From an uncultured bacterium (GTDB lineage: Bacteria > Lernaellota > Lernaellaia > Lernaellales > Lernaellaceae), in assembly GCA_964511015.1 (NCBI GenBank), contig CAZEDX010000020.1, positions 1 to 59,317 of the forward strand: 59,317 bases of DNA, read 5' to 3'. This document shows positions 8,881 through 17,802 of this stretch, one piece after another. The notes under the pieces are model-generated. The model saw nothing but the letters and a program-made list of their open reading frames with translations, had not been told where the DNA came from and made no database searches. Position 1 is the first letter of the stretch. Each line of letters starts with the position of its first letter. The translations under genes and the position numbers were made by a program.

Positions 8881-10298
8881 TGCTCCTCCGGCTTTCCACC
8901 AGTTAACGCTTCCACCATACTATTGTGGAAAAGCGTCTCTTCACCGTCAAGGATGGTGCGCGGATCGGCAATGATCCGGTCGTCCTCGATGCGCACGATG
9001 ATCGGTGTCGCCAGATTACGCAGCCGGGTGGTCAGGTCGGTAACCGAAGCCGTGGCCGGCCGGATCGCCAACACCGGGCCGGGCAATTCCGTAAGGGGCA
9101 GCGCGCCACCTCCTACCTGGGCCGTGCTATGGGCCAGAGAGACATCCGCTGCAGCACCAATAGCTTCGCGCAACCGGTTCGCCATGCGTTCCGCTTTTTG
9201 CTGCAACGAGGTCTCGTCCAACGACAACATGTGTAGGGTCGGAATCGCCGCGACGGCGGCATCGGGGTCGCGATACAGGCGCAACGTGGCTTCGAGCGCC
9301 GCCAAGGTCATCTTGTCCAATCGTAGCGCGCGGTGCAGTGGATTGCTTGCGCAAGCGCGGATCAGATCTCGCCGCCCGACCAGCACGCCGGCCTGCGGGC
9401 CACCCAGTAGCTTGTCGCCGCTGAAGGTAACCAGATCGAGGCCGTGGGCCACCACTTCCGCTGCGGTTGGTTCGGCCGGAAGACCGAAGCGGTCGATGCT
9501 CAGTAGCGAACCGCTGCCGAGGTCTTCGATGCTCACCACCCCTCGGCGCCGCGCCAGCTCCGCCAGTTCTGCGCCGGACACCGCGGTGGTGAAGCCCATG
9601 ATGCGGTAGTTGCTGGAATGGACCTTCAACAGCGCCGCGGTATTAGGGCCGATGGCCGCTTCGTAGTCGAACGAATGCGTGCGGTTGGTGGTGCCGACCT
9701 CCACCAGTCGGGCGCCGGACTGCATAAGCACGTCGGGGATGCGGAAGCTACCGCCGATTTCCACCAACTCGCCTCGACTGACCACGACCTCTCGGCCCGC
9801 CGCGACTGTCGCCAGAGCCAGCAAGACCGCCGCCGCATTGTTGTTGACGACCAATGCCGCCTCGGCCCCGGTCAACTCACATAACAGTCCTTCGACCAAA
9901 TCGTCGCGATGTCCGCGTTGGCCGGATTCAAGGTCGTATTCCAGATTCGAATAGCCCTGCGCGGCAAGCACGACCGCAGTCACCGCAGAGGCGGCGAGAG
10001 GCGAACGGCCGAGATTAGTGTGCACGATCACGCCGGTGGCGTTGATGACCCGTTGTAGGCGAGGCTCGGAAGCTCCCGCGGCGCGGCGGCGAATCGCCTC
10101 GTATAGGGCGGCCTGGTCGATCTGGCGGATCTGGCCGCCGAGAATGCCTGCCCGCAGGTGGTCGATCTCGTTGCGGATCGCTCGCACCACGAGCGTTCGC
10201 GGGTGTTTTTCACGCACGTCGGCCAGGGCGGGGTCGGCGATCAGTTCCCCGACAGCCGGCAACATTCTGAGCAATTGCGATTTGTCGTCCTTTGCCAT
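8877..10298 (-). CDS. selA: L-seryl-tRNA(Sec) selenium transferase (selenocysteine synthase) SelA
   Basis: 473 aa. N-terminal SelA_N region, a PLP fold with the FSGDKLLGGPQAG lysine motif, and overall SelA-like sequence throughout (INATGVIVHTNLGRS, SNLEYDL). Confidence 0.9.
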   Translation of the reverse strand: MAKDDKSQLLRMLPAVGELIADPALADVREKHPRTLVVRAIRNEIDHLRAGILGGQIRQIDQAALYEAIRRRAAGASEPRLQRVINATGVIVHTNLGRSPLAASAVTAVVLAAQGYSNLEYDLESGQRGHRDDLVEGLLCELTGAEAALVVNNNAAAVLLALATVAAGREVVVSRGELVEIGGSFRIPDVLMQSGARLVEVGTTNRTHSFDYEAAIGPNTAALLKVHSSNYRIMGFTTAVSGAELAELARRRGVVSIEDLGSGSLLSIDRFGLPAEPTAAEVVAHGLDLVTFSGDKLLGGPQAGVLVGRRDLIRACASNPLHRALRLDKMTLAALEATLRLYRDPDAAVAAIPTLHMLSLDETSLQQKAERMANRLREAIGAAADVSLAHSTAQVGGGALPLTELPGPVLAIRPATASVTDLTTRLRNLATPIIVRIEDDRIIADPRTILDGEETLFHNSMVEALTGGKPEEQ

Positions 10299-10457
10299 GG
10301 CACTGCATCTTAAGCATCCTAGGGGTGCATGGGCAAGCCATGGACGGCAAGTAGGCTTGGCGGCTCATGAAATTACACAAAGACAACAATTTGGCTGTTT
10401 CTCGGGTCCAATTCGGCGACCATCCGGCGATTGACGGGGTCTTTCGCCGTGTGATAC

Positions 10458-11036
10458 GTGTCTTTCGATTCACCAAAGGCAAAGGGGTGGACCATGGTGG
10501 ACCGCGACCAAAACGGAAATGTGAAACCGGATCTAATGACCCGGCTTCAGAAGCTCTCGGAAAAGATTCCCGGATTTAAGGACTTCCAGGCGCGCGAGAA
10601 AGTTCGCGACCGCGACAAGCTCCTGCGCGACTACGCGGCGGACAAGATCGACGAGGCCAAGGAAGCAGTGAACCGCTTCAAGCAGGTTCTCTTGGGTAAA
10701 ATGATGCTCGGGCTGCTGGCCGATGTCGACCGTCTGACCAGCCAGCTGGATCGGCTACGCGAAAAACATCGTCATGACGCTTATGGCTATTCGGGCGCGT
10801 TCGACGAAAACCGCATTCTGGAACCCGAATTGGTCAAGCTGTACGACCATGACCTGCAGATTCTGGAAAAGGTGGATGCCTTTGTCGCCGCCGGCCGGGC
10901 CCTTCCCGGTGAACAAGCGACCGAGCAGGAAATGAAAGCGGCCATCGACGCGTTACGCGTAGATTTAGCCGCGCTGTCCGAACTGATCGACCACCGCCGC
11001 GACGCCCTGACCAAGCTGGGCGGCAAGGAGGGCTGA
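10458..11036 (+). CDS. Hypothetical coiled-coil protein (partner of the downstream SPFH protein)
   Basis: 192 aa, predicted largely helical/coiled-coil. Alternative start MVDRDQ at 10494. Ends 1 nt before the SPFH gene. Confidence 0.4.
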   Translation: MSFDSPKAKGWTMVDRDQNGNVKPDLMTRLQKLSEKIPGFKDFQAREKVRDRDKLLRDYAADKIDEAKEAVNRFKQVLLGKMMLGLLADVDRLTSQLDRLREKHRHDAYGYSGAFDENRILEPELVKLYDHDLQILEKVDAFVAAGRALPGEQATEQEMKAAIDALRVDLAALSELIDHRRDALTKLGGKEG

Positions 11037-11037
11037 A

Positions 11038-12042
11038 ATGGGTTTGTTCGAAATCATTGAATACCACGACCCAACCGGCAACGAGATCTGCCACAAGATT
11101 CCGGAATCGGGCAGTGCCGAGACCCGTTTGGGCAGCCAGTTGGTGGTACGCGAGTACCAGCAGGCTGTCTTTTTCCGCGACGGTAAAGCGCTGGATGTGC
11201 TTGGTCCGGGCCGCCACACCCTGACCACGCAGAACATCCCGATTCTCGCTAAGCTGGTCAATCTGGCTTTCGACGACCGCAAGAGCCCGTTTCGCACGGA
11301 AGTTGTCTTCGTCAACACGAAGATCTTCAACGACATGAAGTGGGGCACTAAGGAACCGGTGCCGTTTCGGGATGCCGATCTCGGCTACGTACAATTGCGC
11401 GCCTTCGGTAATTTCACCATGCAGGTTAAAGATCCGCTGTTATTCGTCAACACGCTGGTAGGCGGCCGGGGCCGCTTCAGCACGGCGGACATCGGCAACT
11501 TCCTGCGCGATGTGATCGTCAGTCGTTTGAACGATCTACTCGGCGAAGTGCTGAAGTCGATTTTCGACCTGGCGCGGATGTATGACGAAATTGCCGCCGC
11601 GGCCAAGGTTCGCATGGGCGATGACTTTGCGAAGTACGGCATCGAACTCCTCGATTTCTACGTCAACGCGATCACGCCGCCTGAAGAAGTGCAGAAGGCG
11701 ATCAACGAGCGGTCGAGCATGGGCGCGCTGGGCGACTTAAATCGCTACATGCAGTTCAAAACCGCCAACGCCATCGGCGATGCCGCCAAGAACCCCGGTG
11801 GCGTAGGCGACGCGATGGGCGCGGGCCTCGGTGTCGGGTTGGGTATGGCCATGCCGCAGATGATGGCCGCGCAGATGCAGAATGCACAGAAGACGGCCGC
11901 CACACCCGCGGAAACTCAGGCGCCGGCTGGGAAGCCGGGTCCCGCCGAACGGTTGCAAAAGCTGAAGGTGCTCATGGACCAGGGGTTAATCACTCAGGCT
12001 GAGTTCGAGGCAAAGAAGAAGGAAATTCTCGCCGACATCTGA
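11038..12042 (+). CDS. SPFH/Band-7-family protein with C-terminal SHOCT domain
   Basis: 334 aa. Band_7_1-like N-terminal body, Gly/Ala/Met-rich linker, C-terminal ERLQKLKVLMDQGLITQAEFEAKKKEIL (SHOCT motif). Confidence 0.7.
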   Translation: MGLFEIIEYHDPTGNEICHKIPESGSAETRLGSQLVVREYQQAVFFRDGKALDVLGPGRHTLTTQNIPILAKLVNLAFDDRKSPFRTEVVFVNTKIFNDMKWGTKEPVPFRDADLGYVQLRAFGNFTMQVKDPLLFVNTLVGGRGRFSTADIGNFLRDVIVSRLNDLLGEVLKSIFDLARMYDEIAAAAKVRMGDDFAKYGIELLDFYVNAITPPEEVQKAINERSSMGALGDLNRYMQFKTANAIGDAAKNPGGVGDAMGAGLGVGLGMAMPQMMAAQMQNAQKTAATPAETQAPAGKPGPAERLQKLKVLMDQGLITQAEFEAKKKEILADI

Positions 12043-12110
12043 TCGTTTGATTGCACCAACGAACGGGACCGTCGACTACGGCGGTCCCTTCTTTTGTCTG
12101 ACGAAAGGCG

Positions 12111-12872
12111 TTGTCTGTGATAGACTCACTGACAATGGACACACCCGAGATGCCGCGACTTTCTGTTGTCATTCCTGCTTTCAACGAGGAACCGCGTCTG
12201 CCGGCCACGTTGGACATGCTGGAATACTACTTCGCCCGGGTAGACTATCCGGTCGAGGTGATTGTGGTGGATGACGGCAGCAGTGACGGCACGGCTGACC
12301 TCGTTCGCGCGCGAGCCGGAGGCCGGATGAATCTCCAACTCGGGCAGAACCCCGGCAACATGGGCAAGGGCGTCGCGGTGCGCCGAGGGATGACGATGGC
12401 CCGGGGCCAATATCGATTGTTCTTCGACGCCGACGGCTCGACACCAATTGAGGAAGTGGAAAAGTTCTATCCCGCGTTCGCCGCCGGCGCCGACGTTTGC
12501 ATCGGTTCGCGCGCGTTGCCCGAATCGCAGCTCGTTGTCCGTCAGCCTTGGCACCGGGTGCTGATGGGTCGCGTGTTCAACGGCATGGTTTCGACGCTGG
12601 TGGTGGGCGGTTTCCACGACACTCAGTGTGGGTTCAAGGGTTTCTCAGCCCGCGCCGCGGAACTGATTTTCTCTCGCCAGCAACTCCATGGTTTTGGTTT
12701 TGACGTCGAACTGTTATATATTGCAAAGACCCAACGGTTGACGGTCAAGGAGATCCCAGTGGTCTGGATCGACTCGCCCGCCAGCCGCGTGCGAGCGTTT
12801 CGCGACGCCCGCCGTATGTTTGTCGATCTGTTGCGCATCCGTTGTTACGCTTGGCGTGGCCGGTATCGGTAG
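12111..12872 (+). CDS. GT2-family glycosyltransferase (polyprenyl-phosphate sugar transferase-like)
   Basis: 253 aa. SVVIPAFNEE ... VIVVDDGSSDGT ... DAD motifs typical of DPM1/ArnC-like GT2 enzymes. Confidence 0.75.
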   Translation: MSVIDSLTMDTPEMPRLSVVIPAFNEEPRLPATLDMLEYYFARVDYPVEVIVVDDGSSDGTADLVRARAGGRMNLQLGQNPGNMGKGVAVRRGMTMARGQYRLFFDADGSTPIEEVEKFYPAFAAGADVCIGSRALPESQLVVRQPWHRVLMGRVFNGMVSTLVVGGFHDTQCGFKGFSARAAELIFSRQQLHGFGFDVELLYIAKTQRLTVKEIPVVWIDSPASRVRAFRDARRMFVDLLRIRCYAWRGRYR

Positions 12873-12881
12873 GCACGGAAC

Positions 12882-13541
12882 ATGACGATCAAATGGAGCT
12901 TCCTCGGACAGACTCCCTACGAACGGGCGTTGGCGCTCCAGAAAGATCTTCGTGCGCAACTCATCGAAGGTTCGGCGGTTGATTTTCTTTTGTTGTTGAC
13001 GCACCCGCCGGTGGTCACCCGCGGTTACTCCGAACGCGGCGATTCCGGCCTGCTACAACCCCGGGAGACCTTCAGCAAAGAAGGCATTCCCATCATTGAT
13101 GTCGATCGCGGCGGCAAAACCACGTATCACGGACCCGATCAACTTGTCGGCTACTTGATCTTCAACCTCACGCGGCGCGGCATAAAACCGCGGGAATTTG
13201 TAGAGACCGTGGCACATGTCCTGATTGAGGTGTTAGACAGCTACGGCATTGAGGCGACATACAACGAAGAAGATCCGGGGGTCGAGGTTGACGGTCGAAA
13301 GATCGCTTTCCTGGGTTTCAACATCCATCACGGCATTACCATGCACGGTTTTTCTCTCAATCTCGGGCGCGACTTGAAACCGTTTTCGTATATCGTGCCT
13401 TGCGGCAAAATGGGGCGGCAGATCACCTCGATGGAAGAACTCACGGGCATGAGCTTTTCCATCTTTGACGCCTACTGGCGGGTGGTGACCGTAATGGGGC
13501 ACCATTTCAACGACAATATGGAAGAAGTATTTCCCGATTGA
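12882..13541 (+). CDS. lipB: Octanoyltransferase (lipoyl(octanoyl) transferase) LipB
   Basis: 219 aa. LLLLTHPPVVTRG, RGGKTTYHGPDQLVGY, and an HGF..N/catalytic Cys region (VPCGKMG) typical of LipB. Confidence 0.85.
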   Translation: MTIKWSFLGQTPYERALALQKDLRAQLIEGSAVDFLLLLTHPPVVTRGYSERGDSGLLQPRETFSKEGIPIIDVDRGGKTTYHGPDQLVGYLIFNLTRRGIKPREFVETVAHVLIEVLDSYGIEATYNEEDPGVEVDGRKIAFLGFNIHHGITMHGFSLNLGRDLKPFSYIVPCGKMGRQITSMEELTGMSFSIFDAYWRVVTVMGHHFNDNMEEVFPD

Positions 13542-13568
13542 AGAGGCCGGAGCGAAAGGGTCGCGCAC

Positions 13569-13940
13569 ATGTTTGAGAAATACCTCCTGCTCGGCATCTT
13601 TCAGTTGGCGCTCTTTCTATTTGCCTTGCCGGTAATAGTGGGCTTTTTCGCCGGCCTGATCTGGCGCGAACGGGCGGGGCGCCGTTTATGGTCCATTACC
13701 ATCGGCCTCATGATCGCCGTCAACGTCGCCGTGTTGATCGACAAACAATCGCTGTTCTTTACCGCGCAGGTTGCCGCCGCCTTTTTGCCGTTCGAGCCGA
13801 CTATCGTGTTGAAAACAGCTATCGGAGCGGTCGGTGACACGTTGCTTGCACTGGCTTTTTACCGCTCGATCGGCCGTGGCTATCGCTCAGGGTTCGGGTT
13901 CATCACCCGCGGCCATCAATCTCAGCCTAAGAAATCGTAA
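13569..13940 (+). CDS. Small integral membrane protein (GtrA-like?)
   Basis: 123 aa with 3-4 predicted TM helices. Ends 2 nt before the carbamoyltransferase start. Confidence 0.4.
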   Translation: MFEKYLLLGIFQLALFLFALPVIVGFFAGLIWRERAGRRLWSITIGLMIAVNVAVLIDKQSLFFTAQVAAAFLPFEPTIVLKTAIGAVGDTLLALAFYRSIGRGYRSGFGFITRGHQSQPKKS

Positions 13941-13942
13941 CC

Positions 13943-15778
13943 GTGGACGAACTGATTCTCGGGCTCAATCTCAGCCATGACCGTGCCGCCGTAGTATCCT
14001 TAGACGGCCGAATAGTCGGTGGTATCGCCGAAGAGCGGCTCGACCGTCAAAAGCATTCCGTGGCCGTTTCCGCCGATGGTTCCTATCTGGCCACGGTACC
14101 GGTCCGGGCCATGCAATACGCCCTCGAGTTGGCCGGCGCGCGGCCGGAAGACTGCCGGGAAATCGTTGCCGTCGGCTCGGTCGTCTACCATCCGGAACGG
14201 CCGCTTCGCAATCTGACCGCCGCGGAGGTCGCCGCCCAACTGCCAGGTGTTGACCCGGCTCGCGTGCAGGTGATCAACCACCATTTCGCCCATGCGCTTG
14301 GCGCCTATGCGGCTTCGCCCTTCGACGAGGCGGCGGTGATGGTGGCCGACGGCGCGGGCAATGTGGTCGGCGACCGGTTGGGCTGGCGGGTCATTCCGCT
14401 GGTAGAACACGCCACGTATTATCACGCGCAAGGATCGCGTTTGCGGGAACTGAAGAAAACCTGTAGCGATCGACGCGCGATGAACAGCCTTGGCGCCATG
14501 TACCAGCTCGTCACCATGTTCGCGGGCTTTGGCATGTTCCAGGAAGGCAAAACCATGGGACTAGCTCCCTATGGTACTCCGGCGCTGTTGCCGGCCTGGG
14601 ATGACGCAGCTTCACTAGACGGGCCGCTGTCCTATCGTATTCATCCGACGTTCCAGACATTCGATATTCGCGGTCGTCTCATTCCGGCGGATTTCGTCAA
14701 ACGTTTCGGGCCGCCCCGTCACCATTCGGAGCCACTACGCGCCGTCGACAAGGATCTGGCCTATGCGGTGCAACATACGCTCGAGCGGCTGTTGATCGGC
14801 CTGGCTCGTGACCTCCGGCACGTCACGAAAAGTCGCAACCTGGTCTTGGCCGGCGGCGTAGCATTGAATTCCGTGGCCAACAAGAAGATTGCCGATGAGG
14901 CCGGATTCGAAAACGTGTTCATTGTCCCGTGTGCCGCCGACGACGGCACCGCCCTGGGCGGCGCGTTGTGGCCGTGGTTACGTGACGGTCATGCCAAGAC
15001 CTGGTCGATGAGTAACGCGGCCCTGGGCCGCACCTACAACGACGACGAGTGTCTGGCGGCACTGCGGTCACATGCTGCGGCATTGGCCTGGTCGAAGCCA
15101 CCTGATTTGGTGGAACAAGTCGCCGCCGCGTTGGCCGACGGCCAGATCATTGGCTGGTTTCAAGGCGGCGCCGAGATCGGGCCGCGCGCCCTCGGCCAGC
15201 GCTCGATCCTCTGCGATCCGCGTCACGCCGCCGACAAAGACCGCCTCAACGAACGCGTCAAATACCGCGAGGCCTTTCGACCGTTCGCACCCGTCGTACT
15301 GGCCGAGCGAGCAGGGGAGTTCTTCGACCTGGCCGGTGAGAGCCCGTTCATGTTGCTGGTGGCTAAGGTCAAGCAACCCGCCGCACTGGGCGCGGTCACG
15401 CATGTTGACGGCACCGCACGGGTGCAGACGGTCCGGCGGCAAGACCACGAACGTTTCTACCGACTCATTGGGGCTTTTGGCCGGCGCACCGGCGTGCCGG
15501 TGCTGTTGAACACCAGCTTCAACCTGGCGGGTGATCCGATCGTCGAAACGCCAGCCGACGCCATCGACTGTTTTCTGAAATCGGAAATCGATCAATTGGT
15601 GATCGGTGAAATCCTGATTGAAAAGCGGCATCCGGAACTAAGCCGTGACCTGGCGCGCAAACACCGCGAACTGATGGAGGCGCGCAAGAAGATCGCCGCG
15701 CAGGAAAACGAACTGGAAGCCATTCGCCGTAGCCGCGGCTGGCGCTTGCTGAACCGGCTGAACCAATGGCGTAGATAG
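13943..15778 (+). CDS. NodU/CmcH-family carbamoyltransferase
   Basis: 611 aa. N-terminal ILGLNLSHDRAAVVSLDGRIVGGIAEERL (Carbam_trans_N / ASKHA fold). C-terminal carbamoyltransferase domain (VLLNTSFNLAGDPIVETPADA), then a coiled-coil tail. Confidence 0.75.
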   Translation: MDELILGLNLSHDRAAVVSLDGRIVGGIAEERLDRQKHSVAVSADGSYLATVPVRAMQYALELAGARPEDCREIVAVGSVVYHPERPLRNLTAAEVAAQLPGVDPARVQVINHHFAHALGAYAASPFDEAAVMVADGAGNVVGDRLGWRVIPLVEHATYYHAQGSRLRELKKTCSDRRAMNSLGAMYQLVTMFAGFGMFQEGKTMGLAPYGTPALLPAWDDAASLDGPLSYRIHPTFQTFDIRGRLIPADFVKRFGPPRHHSEPLRAVDKDLAYAVQHTLERLLIGLARDLRHVTKSRNLVLAGGVALNSVANKKIADEAGFENVFIVPCAADDGTALGGALWPWLRDGHAKTWSMSNAALGRTYNDDECLAALRSHAAALAWSKPPDLVEQVAAALADGQIIGWFQGGAEIGPRALGQRSILCDPRHAADKDRLNERVKYREAFRPFAPVVLAERAGEFFDLAGESPFMLLVAKVKQPAALGAVTHVDGTARVQTVRRQDHERFYRLIGAFGRRTGVPVLLNTSFNLAGDPIVETPADAIDCFLKSEIDQLVIGEILIEKRHPELSRDLARKHRELMEARKKIAAQENELEAIRRSRGWRLLNRLNQWRR

Positions 15779-15827
15779 ACCAAGGGCGAGCACGAAGCCC
15801 GCCCTCGGTTTTGGTTCTCGTCTTCGC

Positions 15828-16619
15828 TTAATCCACGCCGAGCAGATCCTGGATCTTCGACTCGAATACGTTCAGATTGAGGTTCTTCTTGACGATGATC
15901 CGGTCCTGGTCGATCAACCAGTAGAACGGAATGTATCCGCCTGTATCGTTGTACTTAGAGGAAATCCGGAATCGGGAATCGGCTGCCACAATGAAGGTCA
16001 GTGTCGTATGGAGCGGCTGAATCTTGTCGTAGATGTAGTCAATCCAGTCCTGCAAATCGTCAACCGTGACTCCGCCGCCGTTGAAGTCCTCGCCGAGGAA
16101 TTGGATGACCAAGAAGCCATCGCCCTCATCCTTGTATTCCTGGTACAAACTCTCCAGCACGGGAGAGTCATCAGCACAGTACGGTCACCACATGGCGCTC
16201 ATGTCGAACAGAATGACCTTACCTTCTAGTTCGGCGTCATACAGGTTGAACGTTGTGCCGTCGCTGGCCGTGGCTTCGAAATCGGCCATCATGTCACCGA
16301 CCTCGGTGCCGATTTCGACGGTGTCGTCATCCGACGAATCGTCATCGACCGAAGTGTCGTCGTCGACCGAAGTGTCGTCATCGACGTTCGTATCGTCGTC
16401 CGTACTGGTGTCATCGTCGACAAACGTGTCATCATCCACACTCGAGTCATCGTCTACGAACGTATCGTCGTCAGAAGCGTCGTCGTCAAGAATGGCGTCG
16501 TCATCGGTGTCACCACCATTGTCGTCGTCATCGTCGCCACCGGAATCACAGGAAGCCGCGATCGTTAGTCCAGCTAGCGACAGAAAGAAGAGGAACAGGA
16601 AAAAGAATCTTAGGCGCAT
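15828..16619 (-). CDS. Selenocysteine-containing TlpA/ResA-like thiol:disulfide oxidoreductase lipoprotein (in-frame UGA = Sec at 16187..16185)
   Basis: ORFs 16185..16619 and 15828..16160 are in the same frame, separated only by TGA plus 8 sense codons. Read-through gives ...KVILFDMSAMW-U-PYCADDSPVLESLYQEY..., the thioredoxin-family xxFWAxWCxPC redox motif with Sec in the first Cys position. N-terminus carries a signal peptide and lipobox (LTIAASC) then a ~100-aa poly-Asp linker. A SECIS-like hairpin lies downstream of the UGA. selA is in the same window. Confidence 0.7.
16149..16168 (-). promoter_or_regulatory. SECIS-like hairpin 16 nt downstream of the in-frame UGA
   Basis: mRNA reads UGA-CCGUACUGUGCUGAUG-ACUCUCC-CGUGCU-GGAGAGU. 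That is a perfect 7-bp stem with a 6-nt apical loop containing G and U, at bacterial-SECIS-like spacing. Confidence 0.5.
16300..16545 (-). repeat. Imperfect tandem codon repeat encoding a poly-Asp (D-rich) low-complexity linker
   Basis: Repeated gtcgtcatcgac-type units. Translation is DDDDDNGGDTDDDAILDDDASDDDTFVDDDSSVDDDTFVDDDTSTDDD... Confidence 0.7.
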
Positions 16620-16942
16620 TTGTATTTTTCACCCCCTTCCCACATTAGGGTTGCGCCGAAGCGCTTTTAGAATTCGCGACACTTTTGCCTACAAACGTGG
16701 TCAGAGTCAATGGGTGACACACAATAGGTAGTCGCCCGCATCCCTGAAGACTGTGGACAACTTGTGAACAAACGGGAACGGCACAAAAATGGCTGAAAAA
16801 CAAGGAAAAATTGCGGCGTATGCGATTTGTCTTTGTAATTCAACAAGATACAGAACAGCGTTCAAGGCGAATATGAGCTTGCACTGCTAACAAAAAGCGT
16901 CATAAAACTATCCACAATTCTCAGCTGGAAAGGAGCGGACCG

Positions 16943-17797
16943 ATGCCGGAACTAGCGGCGGTAAACGGACAAATCACGAAAATCGATCAAGCACAAATCA
17001 GCATCAATGACCGCGGCTTGGTGTTCGGCGACGGCGTTTACGAAGTCATCGCCAGTTATCAGGGAAAGTTCTTTCTATTCGACGCGCACCTCAAACGTCT
17101 GCGTCGCTCGCTGGACGCAATTCGTTTGGAATACGTGCCGGTTGAACCGATCGCTCAGCAGATTTGCGAGCTGTTCGACAAGTGCGCCATGCCGCGGGCC
17201 AAGGTCTACCTGCAGATCACGCGTGGTGCTGCGCCACGTGACCATGCCTTCCCGGTACCGCGTCCGGAACCGAACGTCATCATCACCGTGCGCGAAGTCC
17301 ACGAGGTCGAACCTACCAAGCTCGAGCGCGGCGTGAAGTGCATCACCTGGCGTGATATCCGTTGGGGGCGGGTGGATATCAAGACCACGAATTTACTGCC
17401 TAACTGTTTGGCAAAACAGGCTGCGTTGGACGCTGGTTGCTTCGATGCGCTGTTTGTTAGCGATGACGGCATCGTGCGCGAGGCGAGTTCGGCCAATCTT
17501 TTTGCAGTGAAGAACGGCGCATTGTGGACCCACCCGACCGACGAACATATTCTGCCGGGCATCACTCGCGCAAAACTGGTGGAACTGGCCCACGAACATG
17601 CAATCGAATTGCATGAAGAAAAATTCGACGTGCGGTTCCTGCTGGCGGCGGACGAAGCGTTTATCACCGGTACCACCACTGAGGTGCTGCCGGTCACCCA
17701 GATCGACGGTCACACAATTGGCAAAGGCGCGGCCGGTCCGCTGAGCATGCGAATGTTCAAACTTCTGACCGATTGGGTGATGAACAACCTGGGCTGA
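16943..17797 (+). CDS. Class IV aminotransferase (branched-chain amino acid / D-amino acid aminotransferase)
   Basis: 284 aa. Typical class-IV fold-type motifs (RGLVFGDGVYEVI, the PLP lysine region, TGTTTEVLPV). RBS GGAAAGGAG upstream. Confidence 0.75.
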   Translation: MPELAAVNGQITKIDQAQISINDRGLVFGDGVYEVIASYQGKFFLFDAHLKRLRRSLDAIRLEYVPVEPIAQQICELFDKCAMPRAKVYLQITRGAAPRDHAFPVPRPEPNVIITVREVHEVEPTKLERGVKCITWRDIRWGRVDIKTTNLLPNCLAKQAALDAGCFDALFVSDDGIVREASSANLFAVKNGALWTHPTDEHILPGITRAKLVELAHEHAIELHEEKFDVRFLLAADEAFITGTTTEVLPVTQIDGHTIGKGAAGPLSMRMFKLLTDWVMNNLG

Positions 17798-17802
17798 ACG
17801 GT

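Noticed and set aside
16300-16545. D-rich DNA repeats considered as a possible CRISPR-like or intergenic tandem array
   Set aside because: The repeats are in-frame inside two confidently called lipoprotein genes and encode Asp-rich linkers. No spacer/repeat periodicity.
16253-16648. 131-aa plus-strand ORF rich in Arg/His/Cys
   Set aside because: Antisense reading of the poly-Asp codon repeat (GTC/ATC repeats read as R/H/C). It is a compositional artefact.
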